Assembly (NCBI GenBank): GCA_044222065.1
Contig: JBGAOA010000006.1
Location: forward strand, 1 to 64,000
Direction: 5' to 3'
DNA: 64,000 nt
Source of the DNA: Candidatus Eiseniibacteriota bacterium
GTDB taxonomy: Bacteria; Eisenbacteria; RBG-16-71-46
The notes below the pieces were generated by a model. That model was not told the DNA's origin. It saw only the letters and a list, made by a program, of their open reading frames with translations, and ran no database searches. The number at the start of each line of letters is the position of its first letter. The stretch's first letter is position 1. The position numbers and the translations under genes are program-made. Positions 1 to 8,937 of the stretch are shown here, one piece after another.

Positions 1-170
1 CCATAGAAGAGGGTGGACGGCCAGTTGCCGAGACTCGTTTGCGTCGTCTGCGTGACGAGCGGTGCGCCGTACTCGGCATCGAGCGCGCCGTCCACGACCA
101 CGGCTTGGGCCACCTGGGAACAGAGCGACGCGATCGCGATCGCGGCGAGGGAGCGGCGAAGGACGAACAT
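1..170 (-). CDS. Secreted protein, N-terminal fragment (runs off the window edge)
   Basis: ATG at 170 with GGAG upstream; reads MFVLRRSLAAIAIASLCSQVAQA-VVVDGALDAEYGAPLVTQTTQTSLG (Sec signal peptide then mature domain). Not in the ORF track. Confidence 0.7.
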   Translation of the reverse strand, partial: MFVLRRSLAAIAIASLCSQVAQAVVVDGALDAEYGAPLVTQTTQTSLGNWPSTLFY

Positions 171-305
171 GGGAATCTCCAGGGTGCGGCGGGTGTCGCG
201 GGCAGTTTACAACGCGACAGCGCGGTTGCGCCGCCGCGACCGGACGGACGCCGAGGGCCGAAGCGGGACTTGCCGGTCCCTCGCACCGCTGCAACACTGC
301 CGCGC

Positions 306-797
306 ATGTCTGCCGCAGCCACGCCCGGCGAGCGCGTGCTCGCGCTCTGGCGAACGCTCGCGCCCCTGCCGTTCGGGCGCGCTCTCTTCATGTTCGCCTT
401 CGGGCGCATGGTGCCCTACAGCGGCGCGCTCGGGGCGCGCGTGCTGTTGCTCGAGCCCGGCCGAGTCCGCGTCGAGCTCGGCGATCGCCGCGGCGTACGG
501 AACCATCTGAACTCCGTGCACGCGGTCGCGCTCGCGAACCTCGGCGAGATGGCGAGCGGGCTCGCGATGACGACCGCATTGCCCGCGGGCGTGCGGAGCA
601 TCGTCGTGTCGCTCTCGACGACCTATGCGAAGAAGGCGCGCGGCACGCTCGTCGCCGAGTCGGTCGTGACGGTGCCCGCGTTCGAAGGGGACGCCGAGCA
701 CGACGTGCGCGCCGAGATTCGCGATGCGGCCGGCGACGTGGTCGCGGTCGTCACGGCGCGCTGGCGGCTCGGGGCGGCGGACCGGCGCGTGCGATGA
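306..797 (+). CDS. Hotdog-fold / PaaI-like thioesterase (DUF4442-like)
   Basis: VPYSGALGARV, RNHLNSVHAVALANLGE and YAKKARG motifs; start moved to the ATG at 306 within ORF 39..797. Confidence 0.85.
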   Translation: MSAAATPGERVLALWRTLAPLPFGRALFMFAFGRMVPYSGALGARVLLLEPGRVRVELGDRRGVRNHLNSVHAVALANLGEMASGLAMTTALPAGVRSIVVSLSTTYAKKARGTLVAESVVTVPAFEGDAEHDVRAEIRDAAGDVVAVVTARWRLGAADRRVR

Positions 798-816
798 GTG
801 CGTTCGGATCGCACGC

Positions 817-1809
817 GTGACCGCGCTCGCGCTCGACACGCCGCTCGCGCGGCACGCCCGCATCGAGGTGCCGCTCATCGGCGGCGCGATGTACCCGTGC
901 AGCAACCCCGAACTGGTCGCCGCCGTGTCGGAAGCGGGCGGCATCGGCATCGTGCAGCCGGTGTCGCTGACGTTCGTGCACAAGCTCGAGTACCGCGCGG
1001 GGCTCCGGCGGATCCGGTCGCTCACCGCGAAACCCATCGGCATGAACGCGCTGATCGAGAAGTCGTCGAAGGCGTACATCGACCGCATGCGCCGCTGGGT
1101 GGACGACTCGATCGAGGAGGGCGTGCGCTTCTTCGTCACCTCGCTCGGCAATCCGCGCTGGGTGTGCGACGCAGCGCACGCGGTCGGCGGCGTCGTGTAC
1201 CACGACGTGACCGAAGCGAAGTGGGCCGCGAAGGCGGTGGAGGGCGGCGTGGACGGCCTGATCGCCGTGAACCGGCGCGCGGGCGGCCACGCGGGGGCGA
1301 GGAACGCGGAGGAGCTGCTCGCCGAGCTCGCACCGTTCGGCCTGCCGGTCGTGTGCGCGGGCGGAGTCGGCGACGAACGCGGATTCGTCGAGGCGCTGCG
1401 TCTCGGCTACGCCGGCGTGCAGATGGGCACGCGCTTCATCGCGACGACGGAGTGCACCGCGAGCGAGCCGTACAAGCGCGCGATCGTGAACGCGATCGAG
1501 GACGACGTCGTGCTGTCCGAACGCATCACGGGCGTGCCGGTCGCGATCCTGAACACGCCGTGGGTGAAGCGCTCGGGGCTGCGCGTGAACGCGTTCGAGC
1601 GCTGGATGCTGCGCGGCCGCCGCACGAAGCACTGGATGCGCACCGTGTTCGCGCTGCGATCGGCGTGGCTCATGCGCCGCGACGCGTACGACCCGCGCGA
1701 GTCGCGCGACGTGTGGCAGGCGGGGAAGAGCGTCGCCGCGATCCACGCGATCGAACCCGCGGGCGAGATCGTGCGGCGGTGCGCGGAGGCGGTGCGCGCG
1801 GCGCGCTGA
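817..1809 (+). CDS. Nitronate monooxygenase / 2-nitropropane dioxygenase family flavoprotein
   Basis: PLIGGAMYPCSNPELVAAVSEAGGIG, AGGHAG, GVQMGTRFIATTEC; GTG start approximate. Confidence 0.9.
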   Translation: MTALALDTPLARHARIEVPLIGGAMYPCSNPELVAAVSEAGGIGIVQPVSLTFVHKLEYRAGLRRIRSLTAKPIGMNALIEKSSKAYIDRMRRWVDDSIEEGVRFFVTSLGNPRWVCDAAHAVGGVVYHDVTEAKWAAKAVEGGVDGLIAVNRRAGGHAGARNAEELLAELAPFGLPVVCAGGVGDERGFVEALRLGYAGVQMGTRFIATTECTASEPYKRAIVNAIEDDVVLSERITGVPVAILNTPWVKRSGLRVNAFERWMLRGRRTKHWMRTVFALRSAWLMRRDAYDPRESRDVWQAGKSVAAIHAIEPAGEIVRRCAEAVRAAR

Positions 1810-1971
1810 GTCACGCGTCGCGACTCGAACGATCTGGGAATTCACGACGGCGCGCCGTCTGACTATCCCCAGATGTTCGCGAAGTGTCCGCGACCGGCCG
1901 CGCCGCGAGTGCGCGGCCCTCACGTGCGGGCACGATTCTCCGTGAGTCGCCCCCAACGATCGGAGGCGCCC

Positions 1972-3120
1972 GTGCGCCGAGGTCCGTTCGTGCTCGCGCT
2001 GCTCATCGCGTGCCTGGCCGCCCGTGTGGTGCTCGCCGCGAGTGTTCCGCCCGAGCCGTGGTGGAACGCCGTATCCGAGAGCGAGCGCTGGCCCGAGCAG
2101 TGGAGGCTCGACCACACGCGTCCCGTCACATCGCCGGTCGTCGTGCTCTCCGACGCGGTGCTCGTCTGCGACTGGTCGGGCGTGATGCGTTGTGTCGCGC
2201 GCGCGAACGGCGAAGTGCGCTGGACGCGCTCGTTGCCAGGCACCGTGCGGGGCGCGCGTCTCGCGAGCGCGGCGGATCTCGTGGTGTTCGGGGTCGGCGA
2301 TTCTCTGGTCGTGGCACTCGGCGCCGCGCGCGGAGAGGTGCGCTGGACGTTCGACACCGCGGGCGCGGATCAGTTCTCGTACGAGGTCGCCGTCGACGAT
2401 TCGGTCGCGGTATTCGGATCGTCGAAGGACTCGCTCTACGTCGTGCGCCTCGGCGACGGCCGATGCGTGGCACGCGTACCGATCGACGGCCGTGCGCACG
2501 GACGTCCGATGCTCATCGCCGGCGATGTCTTCTTCGCGACGCAGGATCACCCGACGGGGAGCGCGCTTCCGGAGGGGCGTCTCGTCCGCATGCGCCGATC
2601 GACGGGGGAGATCGTGTGGTCGCGCGCCCTTCCCGCGGACGGACGGTTCGAGGGTGGCGCATCGACAGGACCTGTCGGTGACGGGAACGCCGTCCTGGTC
2701 GCCTCGCACGCCGGTCAAGTCTACGCATTCGACTCGGCCGACGGACGCCTGATCTGGCGAGTCTCCGTCGGGAGCCCGGTCATCGCGAGCCCGGTGCTCG
2801 CGAACGGTGCGCTCGTCGTCGGGACGTTGTCGCCCTCATTGCGGGCTCTGGAAGCCGACACGGGTGAGGTGCGCTGGACCCTCGACTCGGGCGGAAGCCT
2901 GCTGCCCGGGAACGTCAGCGCCGACGAGGGACGGGTGTTCTTCGCTTCCGCGGGCGGAAACATCGCCGTCGTGTCGGCGAGGACGGGACGGGTGCTCCAT
3001 CGCTGCGGGCCGGGGTTCGCTCCCGTCCATCGGGACCGAACACTTTTCTACGGAGGACTCAACGACCGAATGGGTGTGTATCCGCTGATCGCGACGCACC
3101 GTCCACTCTCTGAACGCTGA
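1972..3120 (+). CDS. Secreted PQQ-like (BamB-type) beta-propeller repeat protein
   Basis: GGAGG RBS then GTG at 1972; hydrophobic signal; repeated GEVRW / GEIVW / GRLIW blades. Confidence 0.85.
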   Translation: MRRGPFVLALLIACLAARVVLAASVPPEPWWNAVSESERWPEQWRLDHTRPVTSPVVVLSDAVLVCDWSGVMRCVARANGEVRWTRSLPGTVRGARLASAADLVVFGVGDSLVVALGAARGEVRWTFDTAGADQFSYEVAVDDSVAVFGSSKDSLYVVRLGDGRCVARVPIDGRAHGRPMLIAGDVFFATQDHPTGSALPEGRLVRMRRSTGEIVWSRALPADGRFEGGASTGPVGDGNAVLVASHAGQVYAFDSADGRLIWRVSVGSPVIASPVLANGALVVGTLSPSLRALEADTGEVRWTLDSGGSLLPGNVSADEGRVFFASAGGNIAVVSARTGRVLHRCGPGFAPVHRDRTLFYGGLNDRMGVYPLIATHRPLSER

Positions 3121-3130
3121 GGAGGTCGCT

Positions 3131-3739
3131 ATGCCGAAGCCGAGGAAGATCGCCGCACTGTTCGTAGTTCTCGGGCTGCTCATCACGCCGGCGGTTCTGC
3201 TGAGCGGATCGCTCGCCGGCTCCGTGCCGCGTCTCATCGGGAAGAATCCCGGCGCGACGCCGAACCTGGTGATCGACGAGATTCCGGAAGATCCGCCGCC
3301 GGGTGGGGATCCTCCTCCTCCTCCTCCTCCTCCTCCTCCGTCCGTCTACGCGACCATGACGGTTCAGGACCCGACGCCGGTCTCCGACCCGACCGTGCTG
3401 CGCATCACGATTTCGAACGATGCGAACGGAAACGTGGTGGCGCTCGACGTGCGGGACAATACGGGTCGCGTGTACTCGTCGCTCGACGAGCCGACCCTGC
3501 GCGCGCTCGAGAACTTCGACTTCGACATCCCCGCGGGGCTCTGGGACGACCACGTGATCCAGATCCCCGACTCGCCGACCGAGCCCAGCGGCGCGACCTC
3601 CACGACGCTGCTCGGGCGAATGGACGGCGGGCAGCCGCGCATCGCGCGTCTGGCCGGCACCACCAACGGTGTCGCGGACACGCTCTTCTTCGACGGTCAG
3701 GAGGCCGTGATCATTCGCGGCACCCTGGAGCGCAACTGA
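3131..3739 (+). CDS. Hypothetical secreted or membrane-anchored protein with a poly-Pro linker
   Basis: GGAGG RBS, N-terminal hydrophobic stretch, Pro10 tract; tight spacing to both neighbours. Confidence 0.75.
   Translation: MPKPRKIAALFVVLGLLITPAVLLSGSLAGSVPRLIGKNPGATPNLVIDEIPEDPPPGGDPPPPPPPPPPSVYATMTVQDPTPVSDPTVLRITISNDANGNVVALDVRDNTGRVYSSLDEPTLRALENFDFDIPAGLWDDHVIQIPDSPTEPSGATSTTLLGRMDGGQPRIARLAGTTNGVADTLFFDGQEAVIIRGTLERN
3311..3340 (+). repeat. (CCT)9-CCG microsatellite encoding Pro10
   Basis: Directly visible at 3311-3340. Confidence 0.95.
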
Positions 3740-3750
3740 GGGAGGAGACC

Positions 3751-6669
3751 ATGCGACTTCCCGTGTGGATGAAAGCACTCGTGGCGTCGGTCTTCCTGCT
3801 GCTCGCGCGCACCGCCGCAGCCGAGGCGCCTCACGACTATCTGATGGTCCACGGCATCCGTGAAACCGAAACCGCTTGGAACGTCGGGCAGAACAGCCTG
3901 CTCCCGAACACGCTTCTCGGCCGCGCTTCGAGCTTCCAGCTCGGGATCTACGACTGGCGCCGCCGCCTCACCGAGGAAGCCACCGAGATGCGGGATCACC
4001 TCGCGCCGACGCCGCGCGATCTCACGGCGATCGCCTACAGCCAAGGGTCGATCGTCTCGCGCACCTACATCCGCCAGTTCAACGCCGATCCGGCGTCACC
4101 GCACATCGGCTCGCTCGTCACGATCGGCGGGCTGCACCAGGGCGCGCCGATTCTCAACCACCTCGTGTACGGGGCGCGATCACTCGAGTTCTACGTCTGT
4201 GCGATGGCTTCGACGTTCATCGTCGCTGCGCCGCCGCAGGGCGTGTACCTCAACCCCACGAACGGCACCTGGTACATCAAGGTGACCGCGCGGAACTGGA
4301 AGCAGGGTTTGTTCGCGGCCGGATTCATCGGCGGCATGAGCTGGGTCCACACTGCGCTCAACGGGATGGTCGACCCGGTGCTGTGGGCGCCGGCGCGACA
4401 GGATCTCGTGCCCGGATCCGCGCTCATCAACACGCTCAACGCGAACGTGGACTGCGAGCGCACGGTGAATCGCGCGGGCATCACCGGCCGCGAGCGATTC
4501 CCGCAGCTCTATCGGCTTCTCGGTCCCGCCGTGTACCAGAACGATCCCGGCGAGAACGACGTCGCGCCATTCGTCGCGGCGCAGATCGCAAACCTGCTCG
4601 ACCTGCTCGCGGCCCGAAACCTCCTGAACTGGATCAACACGGGCAACATCGCGTACTACGACAAGGCGTTCGACTATTTCGCGCGCGCCTATCTCATCCG
4701 CTGTGCGCCGACGGGCTGGAACATGAACGTCGTGGGTTCGATGGACAACGACGGCATCGTTCCGACGTCGAGTCAGGCCTACCCGGGCCTCGACGATCCG
4801 CGTTTCCAGGTCGTGCTCGACGGCGTCAACCACACGGGCTACCGCGGTTCGAGCGTGACGACGAACGCGGTGCTCAACGTGCTGACGCTGTTCGACCCCG
4901 CGACCGCGAATGCGCTGCCTGCGGTCCCGACCGCACTCAGCCCGACAGGAGGCGCGGGAGTGTGCACGGCGACCTCGCTGCGATTGTCGTGGGCGAGTCG
5001 GTGCGACCGCTACGCGTACTCGGTGCAGGTCGCGACCGACGCGGCCTTCACGACCGGTCTGCGCGAGTGGTCGGGCGTCCCACAGACCTATCTCGACGTG
5101 ACCTCGCTCGCGCCGAACACCGTTCACTACTGGCGGGTTCGCGCCTCGATGGGTGGACGTGACGGCGACTGGAGCCCGACGGCGTCGTTCCGCTCGACGA
5201 TGCCACCCTCCGTCACCGGGTTCACGAACAGTCTGATGTACGGCACGTGGGAGGGCGAGACCTGCACGAAGACGGTGAACTACACGCCGACAGGATGCGG
5301 AGAGACGATTCGCTGGCGCGTGACGAATCCCGCGAGCGTGAATTATGCGATCGGCTTCTATGGAACGACCGCCGTCTGCTCGAATCTCGGCATCCTCAGT
5401 CCCTACACACTCGGGGTGGAGTGCACGATCACGAACGTCGCGGGCACCACCACGGCGACCTCCGGGTTCGCGCTCAAGGTCGGCGCCCGGCCTGCGGACG
5501 GCGGCTGCCCGTTCGTCTACGAATGGACGCCGCTCGGATTCGTCGAGGACAACAACGTCCTGCCACAGGTGGATCGGAATCCGTCGGCGCGAGGCGCGCT
5601 TGCCGACTACTACCGTCTGCGGATGACGCCCGACGAGCGCGACGGTCTGCTGACCATCGCGCTGGGTGAGAAGGGCCGGGAGCGGAGCACGTTCGATCGC
5701 GTGTCCCTGCTCGCCGTGGACCATCCGTCCGGGACGCGTCTCGTGGTCGGCGATGACGGTGCGATGGTCGCGGTGCGCTCGCTCGGCGTCGCGAGGGTGG
5801 AGCAGAAGACCGACGCCGGCACGCTCCATCAGCGTCTCGACGGCTCGCAGCCCACGGGCGAGCTGAAGACGAACGCCGTCGCGCGCATCGACTGGGACAC
5901 CGATGAGGCGGCAGCGCCCGAGTTCGCGCCCAGCCGCGGCGTCCTGATCAAGGGCGTCGCGCCGGCCAAGCAGTCGCCGAATGCGGTCGTCATCGTGGAC
6001 GCCGAGGGCGAGGCGCAGTCGGGGAGCTTCCGGCACCGCACGTCGGACGCGTTGTTCCGAGTCCCCGACGGACGAAGCGCCCTCGATCTGCGATTCGTCC
6101 ATCCGGCGTCACTCGAGTCCGGGGAATGCGTCGAGATCGTCGACGAGCACCCCTCGATCCGGGAATTGAAGCTCGCGCGTGCGGTGCACCTCACGGCCGG
6201 CGATGTCGGCGACGACGTGGCTCGCCGTGACGACCGCGTCGCGACGCTCGTGCCCGGCGGGCGGATCGAGCTCGGCTTCGAACCGCTTCCCGCGGAGGAC
6301 GGCTTCGAGCGCTCCTACGTGCTGCGGGTCGAGGGCCGCTACGAGCACCTGTCACCGGAAGAGGCCGGCGAAGTCGTCGCGTCCTCGAATCTCGGTGCGC
6401 CCGACATGGCGCTCGCTTCGAAGGGCTCCGGTCGGGATCTCGTGCTGTCCGCCAGGGTCCCGGGCGCGGGAGATGCGCGCCTGACGATCGTCGACATCGG
6501 CGGGCGCAAGGTCACGGAGTGGGATCGCGTTCCGAGCACCGGCGGGGAGTTCCGCGTGGCCGATCGCACGCCGCTCGAGCCGGGCGTCTACTTCGCGCGG
6601 CTGACGTGGGAGGCGGCCGATCACAACCGCATGGAGCAGCGCGCGATCAAGGTGGTCGTCGTGCAGTAG
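3751..6669 (+). CDS. Secreted alpha/beta-hydrolase (lipase-like) with FN3-like domain, GGCPFVY module and C-terminal sorting domain
   Basis: Signal peptide; VHG oxyanion, AYSQG nucleophile elbow (4033-4047), DNDGIVP, VNHT; YSVQVATD..HYWRVRA FN3-like; DIGGRKV..PGVYFARL C-terminus. Confidence 0.8.
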   Translation: MRLPVWMKALVASVFLLLARTAAAEAPHDYLMVHGIRETETAWNVGQNSLLPNTLLGRASSFQLGIYDWRRRLTEEATEMRDHLAPTPRDLTAIAYSQGSIVSRTYIRQFNADPASPHIGSLVTIGGLHQGAPILNHLVYGARSLEFYVCAMASTFIVAAPPQGVYLNPTNGTWYIKVTARNWKQGLFAAGFIGGMSWVHTALNGMVDPVLWAPARQDLVPGSALINTLNANVDCERTVNRAGITGRERFPQLYRLLGPAVYQNDPGENDVAPFVAAQIANLLDLLAARNLLNWINTGNIAYYDKAFDYFARAYLIRCAPTGWNMNVVGSMDNDGIVPTSSQAYPGLDDPRFQVVLDGVNHTGYRGSSVTTNAVLNVLTLFDPATANALPAVPTALSPTGGAGVCTATSLRLSWASRCDRYAYSVQVATDAAFTTGLREWSGVPQTYLDVTSLAPNTVHYWRVRASMGGRDGDWSPTASFRSTMPPSVTGFTNSLMYGTWEGETCTKTVNYTPTGCGETIRWRVTNPASVNYAIGFYGTTAVCSNLGILSPYTLGVECTITNVAGTTTATSGFALKVGARPADGGCPFVYEWTPLGFVEDNNVLPQVDRNPSARGALADYYRLRMTPDERDGLLTIALGEKGRERSTFDRVSLLAVDHPSGTRLVVGDDGAMVAVRSLGVARVEQKTDAGTLHQRLDGSQPTGELKTNAVARIDWDTDEAAAPEFAPSRGVLIKGVAPAKQSPNAVVIVDAEGEAQSGSFRHRTSDALFRVPDGRSALDLRFVHPASLESGECVEIVDEHPSIRELKLARAVHLTAGDVGDDVARRDDRVATLVPGGRIELGFEPLPAEDGFERSYVLRVEGRYEHLSPEEAGEVVASSNLGAPDMALASKGSGRDLVLSARVPGAGDARLTIVDIGGRKVTEWDRVPSTGGEFRVADRTPLEPGVYFARLTWEAADHNRMEQRAIKVVVVQ

Positions 6670-6725
6670 CGCGCGTGGCGCCCGACGCCGATTCGGGCGC
6701 CGGGTCCAATCGCACGCGAACGGCG

Positions 6726-6756
6726 CGAGCCCTCGTCCCGGCGGGACGGGGGCTCG
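6726..6756. terminator. GC-rich hairpin between convergent genes (possible bidirectional terminator)
   Basis: CGAGCCCTCGTCCC / GGGACGGGGGCTCG inverted repeat; no clear U-tract. Confidence 0.5.
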
Positions 6757-6814
6757 TCGCTCGTCGCTCGTCCCCACGGCCGGCGCGCGCTGCAGTGACC
6801 CGCGCGCACGTTCG

Positions 6815-8677
6815 TCACCACCGGTAGCCGAGGAGGTTCCAGTACGCGAGCCACGACAACGACGCCAGCGAGCACGCGATCGCGAGCGCGGGAACGAGCC
6901 CCGCACCGCCCGTTCGGCTTCCGATGCCCGCGCGCACGTACACGGCGAGACACACGATCGTCGCGCCGCCCGCGAGGAGCGGCAGCGTGAGCAGCGCCGG
7001 CAGCGCCGGAGGCACGAGGTACTCGAGCGAACCGAACACGCCGGCGATCGCGAGCGCGAGTCCGACGAGGCTCACGAGGTTCGCCGCCGACACGGCGATC
7101 AACGTGCGGCCGATCCGGCGCGCGACGACGTCCGGAAGAGAGGCGTCACGGGCTCGGCCCCGGTTGCGGAACACGCGCACGGCGGAGCCGATGAGATGAG
7201 CGGTGAACCCGAGCACGCACAGGAGTAGCCATCCGATCTGCACGCCGGGCGTGCCGTACCACGGTACGCGCTCGAATGCGCGCGCGATGGATCTCGCGGT
7301 GAAGAGGTACGCGACGCGCCCGTCCGCGCTCGCACCGAAGGTCAGCCGGCCGTCGCCGTCCTCACGCTCGAAGACCTCGGCGCCGATCGGGAGATAGCGC
7401 GCGCCTCCGAACGTCAGCGCGCCCTTCGCTCCCTTGCCGACGACGACTTGCCGGGTGAGCGAGACGAGCTTGTCGAGCGTCGAATGGGCGTGCCGCGTGT
7501 CGACGTACGTGCCCTGCCCGATCGCCGCGATCGCCGCCGAGAGCGAGTCGTCGCGCGACGAGGGGGTGTCGTTCACACGGGGGAATTCGCGGGCGAAGAG
7601 CGCGTCGAGGATTTCGGCGCGCGCGTCGCCGCCCCCGCGGCTGTTGAACGCCATGAAGACGCCGAAGCGGCGCGCCGGGACGAGGCCGAGCAGGCTCGCG
7701 AACCCGGCCGCGTCGCCGTCGTGCCACAGCACGCGTTCGCCCCCGATCGTCCGCTCCCAGAACCCGAATCCGATGCCGTCGAGCATCGGGTGCTGGGAGA
7801 ACTGCCGGCGGTGCATCGCGTCCACGCTCGCTTCATCGAGCACGCGCCGGCCGTCGACGAGACCGCCTTCGAGGTGCGCGATCAGAAAGCGCCCCATGTC
7901 CGCTCCGCTCGTCGACAGCATGGAAGCCGGCCGCGTTCGCGTGTAGTCGATCGACTGCGGTTCGGGCGGCGCACCTTCGTAGCCGACGGCGAGCGATCCG
8001 ACCGAATCCGGAACGAGCGCGAAGCTGCTGTGCGTCATTCCGAGAGGCGCGAAGACGTTCTGCTCGACGTAGCGCTCGAACGGCATTCCCGAGGCGACCT
8101 CGACGAGGTAACCCGCGAGCGCCATGCCGTGGTTCGAATACGCGATCCGCTCGCCCGGAGGACGAATGCGCGCCGGAAGCCGTCGCGCGAGGTACTCGCC
8201 GAGCGGCTCGACGTCCGCGGCGCGCCACGCCTTGCGCGCGACATTGCCGTCGTCGAGGCCGGACGTGTGCGTCAGCAGATCGACCAGCGTGATCGGCCGC
8301 CCGAACGTTTGCCGTATCTGGAATCGCTTCAGGTAGCGATTGACGTCGGCGTGGAGGTCGAGCCGGCCCCGCTCGACGAGCTGCAGCGCCGCGGTGGCCG
8401 TCACGAGCTTCGAAACCGAGGCGACGCGGAACACGGTGCGTTCGGCGTCCACCGGGACGCGACGCTCGAGGTCGGCGAATCCGTAGCCGCGGGCGTAGGC
8501 GACGCGCCCATCGCGCACGACGACGAAGACGGCCCCCGGGACGCTTTGCTTCTTCATCTGCGCGGCGAACAACGAATCCGCGAAGCGGGCGAACGACGCG
8601 TCGTCCGCCTTGGCGGCGGGCGGAAACAGAAGGCACGCCACGGCGGCGGCCGCGATCGGAAAGCGCGATCGGTGCAT
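6815..8677 (-). CDS. Serine hydrolase (beta-lactamase/AmpC-like family) with C-terminal transmembrane helices
   Basis: FRVASVSK (SxxK), LLTHTSG, YSN, WHDG; ATG at 8677 with GAGGAG; signal peptide; about three hydrophobic C-terminal segments. Confidence 0.9.
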   Translation of the reverse strand: MHRSRFPIAAAAVACLLFPPAAKADDASFARFADSLFAAQMKKQSVPGAVFVVVRDGRVAYARGYGFADLERRVPVDAERTVFRVASVSKLVTATAALQLVERGRLDLHADVNRYLKRFQIRQTFGRPITLVDLLTHTSGLDDGNVARKAWRAADVEPLGEYLARRLPARIRPPGERIAYSNHGMALAGYLVEVASGMPFERYVEQNVFAPLGMTHSSFALVPDSVGSLAVGYEGAPPEPQSIDYTRTRPASMLSTSGADMGRFLIAHLEGGLVDGRRVLDEASVDAMHRRQFSQHPMLDGIGFGFWERTIGGERVLWHDGDAAGFASLLGLVPARRFGVFMAFNSRGGGDARAEILDALFAREFPRVNDTPSSRDDSLSAAIAAIGQGTYVDTRHAHSTLDKLVSLTRQVVVGKGAKGALTFGGARYLPIGAEVFEREDGDGRLTFGASADGRVAYLFTARSIARAFERVPWYGTPGVQIGWLLLCVLGFTAHLIGSAVRVFRNRGRARDASLPDVVARRIGRTLIAVSAANLVSLVGLALAIAGVFGSLEYLVPPALPALLTLPLLAGGATIVCLAVYVRAGIGSRTGGAGLVPALAIACSLASLSWLAYWNLLGYRW

Positions 8678-8937
8678 GGGGTGCTCCTCACGGGACCGAG
8701 CCGAACACGGGTCTGCCGCGTGGCAGGGGGAGTCGCCCTTCGGCCCGGGTGAGAAGTTGGATAGGGCAAGCGATGGAATGGTTGAGACGGCGGTCCGGCT
8801 CGCGAACCGAACGGGGGAACGAACCTCGCCGTCGCCCTGGCGGCCAGAGCTTGTTTTCGTCTCGCCCACGGGCCGCTCGAGTCCGCTACGATGCGCACGC
8901 CACTCCTCTCGCCGATCCGCACGCCCCGGAGGAACCC

